26,025 nt of DNA from a virus. Taxonomy: Duplodnaviria; Caudoviricetes. A program made the position numbers and the translations under genes. Shown here in pieces: positions 8,288 through 16,529 of this stretch; within the stretch, counting starts at the first letter, position 1, and each line of letters opens with the position of its first letter. The DNA lies in the IMG/VR virus record IMGVR_UViG_3300017914_001634, positions 1-26,025 of that record; one strand, written 5' to 3'. The notes below the pieces were generated by a model that was given only the letters and a program-made list of their open reading frames with translations, had not been told where the DNA came from and searched no databases.

Positions 8288-10507
8288 ATGGCAACAGCGC
8301 ATGTTGACACCAGGAAGTTTTTGTCTGAAACAAAATTCTATGAGGGGTATTCCCGTTATAAGGATGGCGAAGGCAGATACGAATCTTGGGACGAAGCAGT
8401 TGACCGTGTATTGGAAATGCACGACAACAACTATAAAAATAAATCCAATGAATTAAGTGAATATCTTGAAGAAGCCAGAAAGGCTTATAAAGAACAACGC
8501 GTCCTAGGTGCACAACGTGCTCTACAGTTTGGTGGTGACCAGTTGATGAAACACCAGATGAGAATGTATAATTGTACATCATCTTATGCAGATCGCCCTG
8601 AATGGTTTGGTGAACTATTCTATATTTTGCTTTGTGGTGCAGGTGCAGGTTTCTCTGTTCAGACACACCATATTGCAAAACTACCTAACATTAAAAATCG
8701 TACCAAACAAGCCAAAGGTTATGTGGTAGAAGATTCCATCGAGGGTTGGGCATCTGCTCTTGATGTTCTGTTGTCATCATACTTCGAGGATGGTGGTAAA
8801 TATCCAGAGTTTGCAGGTCGCCGTGTGTTTTTTGACCTATCAAACATTCGTCCAAAAGGTGCCAAGATCTCTGGTGGTTTTAAGGCCCCAGGACCAGAAG
8901 GACTTCGTCGTTCACTAGATAAAATCGAATACCTATTGCAAGGCCGAGTCATGAACTCAGTCGATGCTGCAATCCCATTACGTCCTATTGATGTATATGA
9001 TATTGCAATGCATGCGGCAGATGCTGTCCTTTCAGGTGGTGTCCGTCGTTCGGCTACCATTTGTTTGTTCTCACCAGATGATGAACTGATGATGAATGCC
9101 AAAACTGGTAATTGGTTTATGGATAACCCACAACGTGGTCGTTCAAACAACTCTGCTGTTATTGTTCGTGATAAAACATCTGCAGAACAGTTTGGCAAAA
9201 TTATGCAATCGGTAAAACAATTTGGTGAACCAGGTTTTGTATTTGTGGAATCAACCGAACACACAACTAATCCTTGTGTTGAGATTGGTATGTATCCACA
9301 GATTGATGGTAAATCAGGTTGGCAGGGTTGTAACCTAACAGAAATCAATGGTGGCAAATGTGTAACAGAAGAGGATTTTTATAAGGCTTGTCGTGCCGCT
9401 GCAATCCTTGGGACTCTTCAGGCTGGTTATACAGACTTTAAATTCTTGTCTGATACATCAAAGGCTATTTTTGATCGAGAGGCTCTCCTTGGTGTGTCAA
9501 TCACTGGTTGGATGAATAACCCAGATATTCTTTTCAACGAAGAGATTCTCGAGAAGGGAGCACAGATTGTCAAGGAAGTTAACAGAGAAGTTGCAAAGAT
9601 TATCGGAATCAATGCAGCGGCTAGAACAACGTGTGTCAAACCAAGCGGTAATGCTTCGGTTCTTCTACAGACTGCTTCTGGTATTCATGCTGAGCATTCT
9701 AATATGTACATTCGTAATGTACAAATGAATAAGGAATCAGAGATTACTCAAGCCATTATAAAATCAAATCCATATATGGTTGAGGAATCTGTTTGGTCTG
9801 CCAATGGTACAGATGTCGTTGTATCGTTCCCAATTCTACCAAAGAAAGGTTCAATTTATAAAGATGAACTAATTGGTGTGAAACACTTGGAACTTGTGAA
9901 AAAAGCTCAAAAACATTGGGTTGATGCAGGTACCAATGAGGAACTATGTGCAGATAAGGGTGTTCGTCACAATGTATCCAATACAATCCTGGTTGATGAT
10001 TGGGATGAAGTAGAGGAATATGTTTTTGAAAACAGACATTCATTTGCGGGTATTTCGTTCCTATCAATGTCTGGTGACAAGGACTTTAACCAGGCACCAA
10101 ACACTGCCGTTATTACTGCCAAGGAAATGGTAAAACAATATGACACTGCGGCAGTATTTGCATCCGGTATGGTTGTTGATGGACTAAAAGCCTTTGATAA
10201 CCTATGGACTGCGTGTTCAACTGCACAAGGCTTTGGTGAGGATCTATCACTTGATGATTCTGCAACCAATGTGAAAAAAGATTGGGTTCGTAGGTTTGAA
10301 CAATTTGCAGATAACTACCTTGATGGAGATAAGAAACAAGCAGAATATTGCCTAAAGGATGCATATCTCCTACATAAATGGAATAAAATCCAACGTAATC
10401 TAAAACAACCAGATTGGCGTGAAGATATTACTGAAAAGAAATATACTGACGTTGATACCATGGCGGCGGCAGCATGTGCTGGTGGTGCGTGCGAAATTGA
10501 CTTCTAG
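8288..10507 (+). CDS. nrdJ: Class II (adenosylcobalamin-dependent) ribonucleotide reductase, monomeric RTPR-like
   Basis: Motifs MYNC, GGVRRSA, TNPCVEI (catalytic Cys), GCNLTE and TCVKPSG; C-terminal redox pair ACAGGACEIDF; no nrdB nearby; GAGG RBS. Confidence 0.88.
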   Translation: MATAHVDTRKFLSETKFYEGYSRYKDGEGRYESWDEAVDRVLEMHDNNYKNKSNELSEYLEEARKAYKEQRVLGAQRALQFGGDQLMKHQMRMYNCTSSYADRPEWFGELFYILLCGAGAGFSVQTHHIAKLPNIKNRTKQAKGYVVEDSIEGWASALDVLLSSYFEDGGKYPEFAGRRVFFDLSNIRPKGAKISGGFKAPGPEGLRRSLDKIEYLLQGRVMNSVDAAIPLRPIDVYDIAMHAADAVLSGGVRRSATICLFSPDDELMMNAKTGNWFMDNPQRGRSNNSAVIVRDKTSAEQFGKIMQSVKQFGEPGFVFVESTEHTTNPCVEIGMYPQIDGKSGWQGCNLTEINGGKCVTEEDFYKACRAAAILGTLQAGYTDFKFLSDTSKAIFDREALLGVSITGWMNNPDILFNEEILEKGAQIVKEVNREVAKIIGINAAARTTCVKPSGNASVLLQTASGIHAEHSNMYIRNVQMNKESEITQAIIKSNPYMVEESVWSANGTDVVVSFPILPKKGSIYKDELIGVKHLELVKKAQKHWVDAGTNEELCADKGVRHNVSNTILVDDWDEVEEYVFENRHSFAGISFLSMSGDKDFNQAPNTAVITAKEMVKQYDTAAVFASGMVVDGLKAFDNLWTACSTAQGFGEDLSLDDSATNVKKDWVRRFEQFADNYLDGDKKQAEYCLKDAYLLHKWNKIQRNLKQPDWREDITEKKYTDVDTMAAAACAGGACEIDF

Positions 10508-10664
10508 TCCATGTATTAAAATCTGTTCATTAGAAAACGGTTACTGCATCGGTTGTGGTAGATCACAGGACGAGATCCGTGAGTGGTTTATCGCAACCGA
10601 TGAGCGTAAAAAAGAAATAAAGGAGAGGATTGCGCGGGATGGAATACCGAATCGAATGCCATGA
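10497..10664 (+). CDS. DUF1289/YdhL-like small Cys-rich (Fe-S/Zn) protein
   Basis: SPCIKICSL..GYCIGCGRS.DEI.EW signature; probable TTG start at 10497. Confidence 0.75.
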   Translation: MTSSPCIKICSLENGYCIGCGRSQDEIREWFIATDERKKEIKERIARDGIPNRMP

Positions 10665-10785
10665 GTGTGAAAATGAATCACTTGTACAATCATTTGAAGA
10701 ACCCGAGTATTGTCCTATTTGTGGCTCTACCACCTTTGAATTGGTCAAGAGAGAAGAGCCTCTAGATTGGTTTGACGAGGAATAA
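10639..10785 (+). CDS. 48-aa zinc-ribbon/rubredoxin-like protein (not in ORF track)
   Basis: Translated manually: MEYRIECHECENESLVQSFEEPEYCPICGSTTFELVKREEPLDWFDEE. CxxC...CPxCG motif; GGAGAGG upstream. Confidence 0.7.
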   Translation: MEYRIECHECENESLVQSFEEPEYCPICGSTTFELVKREEPLDWFDEE

Positions 10786-10786
10786 G

Positions 10787-10793
10787 CTAAATA
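10787..10793 (+). promoter_or_regulatory. Late promoter-like box (CTAAATA)
   Basis: TAAATA core in the short intergenic gap before the GIY-YIG-like gene. Confidence 0.4.
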
Positions 10794-10805
10794 ATATATA
10801 ACTAC

Positions 10806-11210
10806 ATGACGTGGTTATATGAAAACAAATCATTTGAGGAAACTCCAGAAGACTTTCAAGGCTTTGTGTATGAAATCACAGAGTTGGATACTGGTAAAAA
10901 ATACATCGGTAAGAAATTCTTCTGGAAACCTAAAATACTTCCGATAACAAAAAAGCGTAAGCGCCGTGTAAGAACTCGAGTCGAGTCCGACTGGAGAGAT
11001 TATTACGGTTCAAACAAGCAAGTACAGGAACTTGTTGAAACAAAAGGTCCTGGCAATTACGAGCGGGTAATTCTCAGGCTGTGTAAAACCAAGGGTGAGT
11101 GTTCCTATTATGAGGCAAAACTACAATTTGAAAATGATGTTTTACTCAAAGAAGAATATTACAATGAATTTATAGGATGTAAAATTCACTCAAAGCATGT
11201 GAAGGTATAA
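10806..11210 (+). CDS. GIY-YIG (SegE-like) endonuclease domain protein
   Basis: GFVYEIT...KKYIGKK, YYGS and YYEAK..F motifs. Confidence 0.75.
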   Translation: MTWLYENKSFEETPEDFQGFVYEITELDTGKKYIGKKFFWKPKILPITKKRKRRVRTRVESDWRDYYGSNKQVQELVETKGPGNYERVILRLCKTKGECSYYEAKLQFENDVLLKEEYYNEFIGCKIHSKHVKV

Positions 11211-11213
11211 ATA
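11206..11213 (+). promoter_or_regulatory. T4 late promoter consensus TATAAATA
   Basis: Exact match overlapping the stop codon, 6 nt before ATG 11220. Confidence 0.6.
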
Positions 11214-11219
11214 AAACTA

Positions 11220-11636
11220 ATGGCAACACTTAACGTACATGAAGTAATTGATAAGGCTGGCAAGGCTCGTTCGAAAGCCCAAAAAGTAGCCATCCTGAAA
11301 GAACATGATCACTGGGCAATCCGTGACATTCTTAATGGCACATTTAATGATAATATTAAATGGAACCTACCTCCCGGCAAACCTCCATTCACACCCAATG
11401 AGGGTCACAATGCCGGATCCAATCTATATAAACGAAATACAGATTTTAAGCATTTTGTGCTAGGTGGTCCTGGTGACAGGTTACCTGCCTATAAGCGCGA
11501 ACAGATATTCATTGGTTTGATTGAGGCAATTGATCCAAAAGATGCCGAACTTGTTATTGCAATGATTAACAAGGAAAAGCCAAAAGGCATTACACGCAAT
11601 GTAGTGGAGGAGGCTTATCCTGGACTTTTATCCTAA
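11220..11636 (+). CDS. Conserved T4-like phage hypothetical protein (DUF6433-like)
   Basis: WNLPPGKPPF and KREQIFI.L.E.I...DAEL motifs. Confidence 0.7.
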   Translation: MATLNVHEVIDKAGKARSKAQKVAILKEHDHWAIRDILNGTFNDNIKWNLPPGKPPFTPNEGHNAGSNLYKRNTDFKHFVLGGPGDRLPAYKREQIFIGLIEAIDPKDAELVIAMINKEKPKGITRNVVEEAYPGLLS

Positions 11637-11653
11637 CTAAACTGGAGTAACAA

Positions 11654-11806
11654 ATGACAGCAATCCAACTCGAAAGATTAGAACAAGATGTGGTTGACTT
11701 AGACCGGTATGCTCAAAAATTAAAGCGCAGAGGACTGATTGACCGTATGAAAAAGATCTTAGAGAAAAAGGACTTTCTACAAAGGAGACTTGCTGCACAA
11801 ACCTAA
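11654..11806 (+). CDS. 50-aa helical hypothetical protein (not in ORF track)
   Basis: GGAG RBS; MTAIQLERLEQDVVDLDRYAQKLKRRGLIDRMKKILEKKDFLQRRLAAQT. Confidence 0.7.
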   Translation: MTAIQLERLEQDVVDLDRYAQKLKRRGLIDRMKKILEKKDFLQRRLAAQT

Positions 11807-11834
11807 ATTAATTTAACATAAACGTAAATTAGTT

Positions 11835-11864
11835 GTTTACAAGACCACCTTCCTTTGATATAAT
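11835..11864 (+). promoter_or_regulatory. Sigma70-type early promoter with extended -10
   Basis: TTTACA (11836-41), 17-nt spacer, TG-A-TATAAT (-10 at 11859-64). Confidence 0.75.
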
Positions 11865-11891
11865 AATATAGTTATATTGAGGGAGGGTGGT
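11844..11891 (+). promoter_or_regulatory. 20-bp RNA hairpin covering the -10 box and the RBS of the denV-like gene
   Basis: ACCACCTTCCTTTGATATAA pairs with TTATATTGAGGGAGGGTGGT: 16 Watson-Crick plus 4 G-U pairs, 8-nt loop. Confidence 0.75.
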
Positions 11892-11898
11892 ATACCAA

Positions 11899-12456
11899 AT
11901 GAACATTTTTATTCTAGATAATGATCCAGTGACTTCAGCAGTGCTACAATGTGATAAACATATTGTTAAGATGATTGTAGAATCTGCTCAAATGCTATCT
12001 ACTGCCCATCGGATGTTGGATGGTAGAGAAACCAAAAGACCTTCTAAATCTGGTAAAAGAATGGTACCATATTATATTATGGATGATTACCGTGAGGATA
12101 CCATTATGAAGGCAGTACACTTCCATCACCCATGTACAAAATGGACTATGGAATCTAGTGCTAATTACAATTGGCATTGGATCCATTTTCGTGCCCTATG
12201 TAAGGAATATACATATAGGTATGGAAAGGTACACAAAGTGGAACGTGAGAGATTGGAACTCTTAAAGAGATTGCCAGACAATATTCCACAAGGTGATTTG
12301 ACACCATTTAAATTGGCAATGAAATCTAATCCAGAATGTATTGCACTTGGTGATCCAGTCAAAGCCTACCGTGCATTTTATCAAACAAAGCAAGGTAGGT
12401 TCCCTATGATATGGACCAAACGTGATGTACCTGAATGGTTTGAAAGGATTGCCTAA
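11899..12456 (+). CDS. Pyrimidine dimer DNA glycosylase family (DenV-related) protein
   Basis: MNIFILD.DP...A...CDKHIVKM..ESAQMLST, HPCTKW and EYTYRYGKVH motifs; start is ATG 11899. Confidence 0.75.
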   Translation: MNIFILDNDPVTSAVLQCDKHIVKMIVESAQMLSTAHRMLDGRETKRPSKSGKRMVPYYIMDDYREDTIMKAVHFHHPCTKWTMESSANYNWHWIHFRALCKEYTYRYGKVHKVERERLELLKRLPDNIPQGDLTPFKLAMKSNPECIALGDPVKAYRAFYQTKQGRFPMIWTKRDVPEWFERIA

Positions 12457-12686
12457 TGGGATGGTGGAAACAAAAAGATTTATTGAAAAGGAAATATGGA
12501 ATGGCTAAAACAAACCCACTTGATTATCTGCTTGTGCTGCAAGAGGAGATTGCATATCAGAGATCAAAACTTCAACCACATGATACCGGTCATATACATA
12601 CTACCATTAACGTGTTAGAAGAACGCGTATCAGAATTAGAGGATAAAATTCGTGCCGATTTATACAGTGCGCAAGGCCAACAGTGA
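12456..12686 (+). CDS. Hypothetical coiled-coil protein
   Basis: TAATG overlap (alternative start 12501); PHDTGHIHT.I.VL motif. Confidence 0.65.
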   Translation: MGWWKQKDLLKRKYGMAKTNPLDYLLVLQEEIAYQRSKLQPHDTGHIHTTINVLEERVSELEDKIRADLYSAQGQQ

Positions 12687-12891
12687 TTCAGGACATGAAT
12701 GGACACTACAAGGTTCCTATGATGAAATAAAATCCATATGCGAAGAGGATGGTCTACAGATTGTTCTTAAACCAATTGGATTTATATCATCACAGGAAGG
12801 ATCAACCAGACGTAAGGCTGGTGGTGAATGGAATAACTTTTTACAAAGAGTAGATAAAGGCGCAGGCCGTAGGAGTAAGGTTAAAACATGA
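12652..12891 (+). CDS. Small FmdB-like (MPxY) protein preceding phoH
   Basis: GTG start after GAGG; MPIYT N-terminus; typical position upstream of phoH in T4-like phages; lacks the Zn-binding Cys pairs. Confidence 0.55.
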   Translation: MPIYTVRKANSDSGHEWTLQGSYDEIKSICEEDGLQIVLKPIGFISSQEGSTRRKAGGEWNNFLQRVDKGAGRRSKVKT

Positions 12892-13568
12892 GCAATAGTT
12901 CAAAGGTACGTTATGAGGATTTACTTGAATTTGAACCTATTACAGGTAATCAAAAGCAAGCATTTAATCTATGGGATGAAGGTGAAAATCTAATCCTTGC
13001 AGGTTCTGCAGGTACCGGTAAAACATTTATTGCAATGTACCTTGCCATGGAGTCAATGCTAGAGAGATCAACACCATATGATAAGATAATCATTGTTCGT
13101 TCAGTGGTATCTGTTCGTGAGGTAGGTTATCTTCCTGGCAAATTGGATGAAAAGACATCCGTGTTTGAAGCACCTTATAGAGCAATATGCGAAGAGTTGT
13201 TTGAGGACAAGTCGGTTTATAATAAATTGGTTAATAACCACCAAGTACAGTTCGAAACAACATCTTTCATTAGAGGTAAGACATTTGACCGTGCATTAAT
13301 TGTTGTCGATGAGATGCAAAACCTCAACTTTCACGAGCTTGATTCTGTCATGACTCGTGTAGGGGAGAATTGTAAAATTGTATTCTGCGGGGATTATTTG
13401 CAGACAGACTTCGAGAGAGAACAAGACCGGCTAGGTATCTCAAAGTTTATGCAGATTATTGATCGTATGAAGGATTTTACTGTAATTCAGTTTGGATGGG
13501 ATGATATTGTCCGATCCGGTGTAGTCCGTGACTACATTATGACAAAAGAAATGATGGGATTAAAATGA
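12888..13568 (+). CDS. phoH: PhoH-like ATPase
   Basis: Walker A GSAGTGKT; GYLPG, FIRGKTF, VDEMQN, GDYLQTD and DIVRS motifs. Confidence 0.92.
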   Translation: MSNSSKVRYEDLLEFEPITGNQKQAFNLWDEGENLILAGSAGTGKTFIAMYLAMESMLERSTPYDKIIIVRSVVSVREVGYLPGKLDEKTSVFEAPYRAICEELFEDKSVYNKLVNNHQVQFETTSFIRGKTFDRALIVVDEMQNLNFHELDSVMTRVGENCKIVFCGDYLQTDFEREQDRLGISKFMQIIDRMKDFTVIQFGWDDIVRSGVVRDYIMTKEMMGLK

Positions 13569-13915
13569 TGAAAACTCTAATTGCAATCTTGGCACTTATA
13601 GTGTCACTGCCAGCAATGGCACAGGAATACAATCCTAGTGGAACACCACTCTATGCCAAACCGGTTCCTTGTGGTGGTTTACCTGAACTCATCCTAGAGT
13701 TCGAAAAAAGTGAAATGTATCCAATTATGGGTCTAGGTGGTTTCTCATGGAATGAGGATGGATCCACAGGACCTGCAGTTGTTATTGTAGTTGTTGATGC
13801 AAATGGTCGCCATGCAGTTGTTGAAAAAAATAATTTAAATTATTGTTTACTTTCGACTGGAAATGTGGTAGAATATAACTCTGATGTATTAAAACAACTA
13901 ATGAATTGGAAGTGA
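13565..13915 (+). CDS. Secreted/periplasmic hypothetical protein
   Basis: Sec signal peptide MKTLIAILALIVSLPAMA-Q; two Cys (KPVPC ... YCLL). Confidence 0.65.
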   Translation: MMKTLIAILALIVSLPAMAQEYNPSGTPLYAKPVPCGGLPELILEFEKSEMYPIMGLGGFSWNEDGSTGPAVVIVVVDANGRHAVVEKNNLNYCLLSTGNVVEYNSDVLKQLMNWK

Positions 13916-13916
13916 T

Positions 13917-14594
13917 ATGGAATTTATCCATGAAAAAATTGATATGGGTTATGAAACGCTTGAACGGACAGATGCTCCTGACGGCCGGCGATACCTTACT
14001 ACTGATGGCAATGCTTATCCATCTGTTACTACCGTTTTGTCTATTCTTAGTGAAGAGTCTATAGCAAAATGGCGTAAACGTGTTGGTGAAGAAGAGGCAA
14101 ACAAAATCTCTTCTCGTGCCGCAACTCGTGGCACTGCAGTGCATGACATTGTAGAAAAATACATTAACAATGATCCAGACTATCGTGGCGACCATTTGCC
14201 ACATGTTGTTCAGTCATTGGAAAATCTAAAACCTTTAATTAATAAACACGTCACAAAGGTGTATGCAACAGAATGTCCACTGTATAGTGACCATTTAAAA
14301 CTTGCTGGTACCTGTGATGCTATTGTCGAATGGGATGGTGTACCTACAATTGTTGATTGGAAAACATCACGCCGTCCTAAGAAAAAGGCAAACATCTCTA
14401 ACTACTTTATGCAATTGGCAGCATATGCCGTGATGTGGGAAGAACGTACTGGTATGCCGGTACAGAATACTCGTATTGTAATGGACGTGGATGATTTCCA
14501 CCCAGTGATGTATAAGGAGACAAGGGATGCATGGATCGACAAACTTATTGAGGTTCGAGATGAGTACAACAGACGACAACTCTTTCATGGCTAA
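13917..14594 (+). CDS. PD-(D/E)xK exonuclease (phage Cas4-like/lambda-exo-like)
   Basis: YPSVTTVL, RGTAVH, AGTCD, IVDWKTS and QLAAY motifs. Confidence 0.85.
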   Translation: MEFIHEKIDMGYETLERTDAPDGRRYLTTDGNAYPSVTTVLSILSEESIAKWRKRVGEEEANKISSRAATRGTAVHDIVEKYINNDPDYRGDHLPHVVQSLENLKPLINKHVTKVYATECPLYSDHLKLAGTCDAIVEWDGVPTIVDWKTSRRPKKKANISNYFMQLAAYAVMWEERTGMPVQNTRIVMDVDDFHPVMYKETRDAWIDKLIEVRDEYNRRQLFHG

Positions 14595-14748
14595 GGATAA
14601 AAAGCGTGGTGGCAGGATTCAAAAGTCTCTTGCCGCCAGGGCACGCCGTAAGATTGTAAAGGGTATTAAATTCTATTCTGAAATGTCTAGGTTTGCAAAA
14701 CTAAGAGCCCTGCGAAAAAAAAGAAAAAAATCTCAAAAAAAATTTTAA
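14587..14748 (+). CDS. 53-aa extremely basic peptide
   Basis: ATG 14587 overlaps the end of the exonuclease; 23 of 53 residues are K/R; no clear RBS. Confidence 0.5.
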   Translation: MAKDKKRGGRIQKSLAARARRKIVKGIKFYSEMSRFAKLRALRKKRKKSQKKF

Positions 14749-14769
14749 GTGATTGAAACTAAACAAAAC

Positions 14770-14825
14770 TTTTTTTAATTTTTTTTAAAAAAAGTGTTTA
14801 CATTCCTGGCTAGACGTGATATAGT
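14770..14825 (+). promoter_or_regulatory. Strong sigma70-type early promoter with A/T-tract UP element
   Basis: T and A tracts at 14770-14793; TTTACA (14797-802), 17-nt spacer, TG-A-TATAGT (14820-25). Confidence 0.75.
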
Positions 14826-14854
14826 ATAACTATAATCAATTAGGAGAGAATGTC

Positions 14855-15100
14855 ATGTTTCAAAAAGAGTTGTTTTCAAACGATGGTCCATACCTTCGCT
14901 ACGATGGTAAGATTGCCGCTCGTTTTAAATACTCTGGTCCTTTCACAAAGGCCAAATTGAAGAAGTTCCTGGTCAAATCAGGTCTTTCACCTCAGGAGTA
15001 TTTCGAGATGTTCAACTCTGGTCGTGCACCACTGGACATTTGGAGGGATCTGGATCCCACTTCTTATTATGCAACACTTGAAGCTTGGAGGAACAAATAA
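14855..15100 (+). CDS. Hypothetical early phage protein
   Basis: AGGAG RBS; first gene after the early promoter. Confidence 0.75.
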   Translation: MFQKELFSNDGPYLRYDGKIAARFKYSGPFTKAKLKKFLVKSGLSPQEYFEMFNSGRAPLDIWRDLDPTSYYATLEAWRNK

Positions 15101-15519
15101 TGTGGATGGAACGTACCTGCTCTGATCTTGAGAATGTGATTGATCAACTCTTTGAACTTGTGCCTGCCCAAGGCCGTTGTGAGTTCCCTAACTCAAAGAA
15201 CAAAAGACTTGATCGGTTCCGTCGGTCACTTAATCTAATCCATGATTTGTTTAACAACGGTCTGGGTAACAGACGTGGTCAATGGAAATACACAATGGAA
15301 ATTGATCCACCTATCCACACTCACATGGAGGCATATCGGTATGACATTCGTATGGATGCCAAGTATTGGGATAATATAGAGGACCGTGTTGCCCCTGTAT
15401 TTCGTAACATTATTATGGATGCAGTCCTGGAACAATTTGGAAAGGATGTTTGGTTAAAGGTTATGCACAACCATTCATCAACAATCATCAATAAAGCTAT
15501 TCAAGAAGGGAGAGTATAA
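15100..15519 (+). CDS. Hypothetical early phage protein
   Basis: ATG 15100 (TAATG overlap, GGAGG upstream); DLFNNGLGNRR motif. Confidence 0.75.
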   Translation: MWMERTCSDLENVIDQLFELVPAQGRCEFPNSKNKRLDRFRRSLNLIHDLFNNGLGNRRGQWKYTMEIDPPIHTHMEAYRYDIRMDAKYWDNIEDRVAPVFRNIIMDAVLEQFGKDVWLKVMHNHSSTIINKAIQEGRV

Positions 15520-16013
15520 TGACAGTTTATTTGGATATGGATGGTGTAATCGCCGATTTCTTTGGTGCCCTTGCCTATCGCAATGGTGTGTCACATTGGA
15601 AATCAATCAAGGATATTGAAAAGGCTCTGGTTGACATCTGGGGCACTGATTTCTTCTACCAGATTGATGAGTTTCCTGAGTCCGATGACATTGTAAAACT
15701 TGTACAAAGTGTTTCCGGTGGTGATTGGGGTATCTGTTCATCACCCCTACGTGGTGACATGATGAACTCTGCATATTGGAAACGTGTCTGGTTGGATGAT
15801 CGTAACTGGTTACCTGAAATTGAAAAACTTATTTTCACTGGTAACAAACATAAGTATGCTGTCAACCGTCTTACCGGTAAGCCAAACATTCTTATTGATG
15901 ATAAACCAGATAATATTCGGCGTTGGAATGATGCCGGTGGTATCGGTATCCGGTTCCAATGTGACCAGGATGATATTGAATATCTTGAAGCTGAACTAAG
16001 GAGAGTTGTATAA
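15519..16013 (+). CDS. HAD-family 5'(3')-deoxyribonucleotidase (NT5C-like)
   Basis: YLDMDGVIADF motif I and LIDD motif IV. Confidence 0.85.
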   Translation: MTVYLDMDGVIADFFGALAYRNGVSHWKSIKDIEKALVDIWGTDFFYQIDEFPESDDIVKLVQSVSGGDWGICSSPLRGDMMNSAYWKRVWLDDRNWLPEIEKLIFTGNKHKYAVNRLTGKPNILIDDKPDNIRRWNDAGGIGIRFQCDQDDIEYLEAELRRVV

Positions 16014-16243
16014 TGAAAAACTTTTTTGAAATCCTTAACCTAAGATTTGAATTTGAAGAGATTACCAAGGACTTTTCAATGTCCGTTGATGGTAGCGATA
16101 TAGATACTATTACATGGTTTGTTGATAATGGTCATAGATCAAATCGTCTACGGAGAGGTTTTGAGCGAGCCATGGAAATCGCAACACAAATTAAGGAGTA
16201 CGCGGATGCAGAAAAGTTTGCAAAGCGGCTCGAGGTTCAATGA
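16013..16243 (+). CDS. Hypothetical protein
   Basis: AGGAG RBS and TAATG coupling. Confidence 0.65.
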   Translation: MKNFFEILNLRFEFEEITKDFSMSVDGSDIDTITWFVDNGHRSNRLRRGFERAMEIATQIKEYADAEKFAKRLEVQ

Positions 16244-16529
16244 ATATGATTTGGATGGTGATGGTATAGTGAGTGACAAAGAACTCGAGCAATCAAAAGA
16301 AATGTTGGAATTAGAACTCCGTGAAGAGAAAGCAGATTCACAAAGAAAAATGGCATGGATTGCCATGGTGTCAATGCTTATCTTTACGGTTGTTCTATTT
16401 ACGCCATTGATGAGTGATAATAGGGTTACGGCACTTGCTGACCTACTTGGTCTATTTTATATTGCACAGGCTGGTGTTGTTGGTGCTTATTTCGGCGCTG
16501 CAGCATGGATGTCAAACGGGAAAAAATAA
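16206..16529 (+). CDS. EF-hand-like loop plus two-TM membrane protein
   Basis: ATG 16206 after AGGAG; DLDGDGIVSDKE canonical EF-hand loop; two hydrophobic helices. Confidence 0.65.
   Translation: MQKSLQSGSRFNEYDLDGDGIVSDKELEQSKEMLELELREEKADSQRKMAWIAMVSMLIFTVVLFTPLMSDNRVTALADLLGLFYIAQAGVVGAYFGAAAWMSNGKK

Noticed and set aside
8719-9357. 212-aa reverse-strand ORF inside nrdJ, and the many other antisense or alternative-frame ORFs in the track
   Set aside because: Shadow ORFs fully overlapping well-supported genes, with no RBS or recognisable motifs.
8288-10507. Class Ia nrdA call, or an intein/intron in the RNR
   Set aside because: RTPR-type motifs and C-terminal CxGGxC, no nrdB, and a continuous 739-aa frame with no splice motifs.
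10806-11210. Mobile homing endonuclease element
   Set aside because: Only a short catalytic-type domain with no DNA-binding extension and no interrupted host gene. Treated as a resident phage gene.
13917-14594. Cas4 as evidence of a CRISPR system
   Set aside because: It lacks the four-Cys Fe-S pattern and no repeat-spacer array is visible. This is the standard phage exonuclease found next to phoH.
14716-14793. Poly-A/T runs as a replication origin or phase-variable tract
   Set aside because: Adequately explained as Lys codons plus a promoter UP element; no iterons seen.
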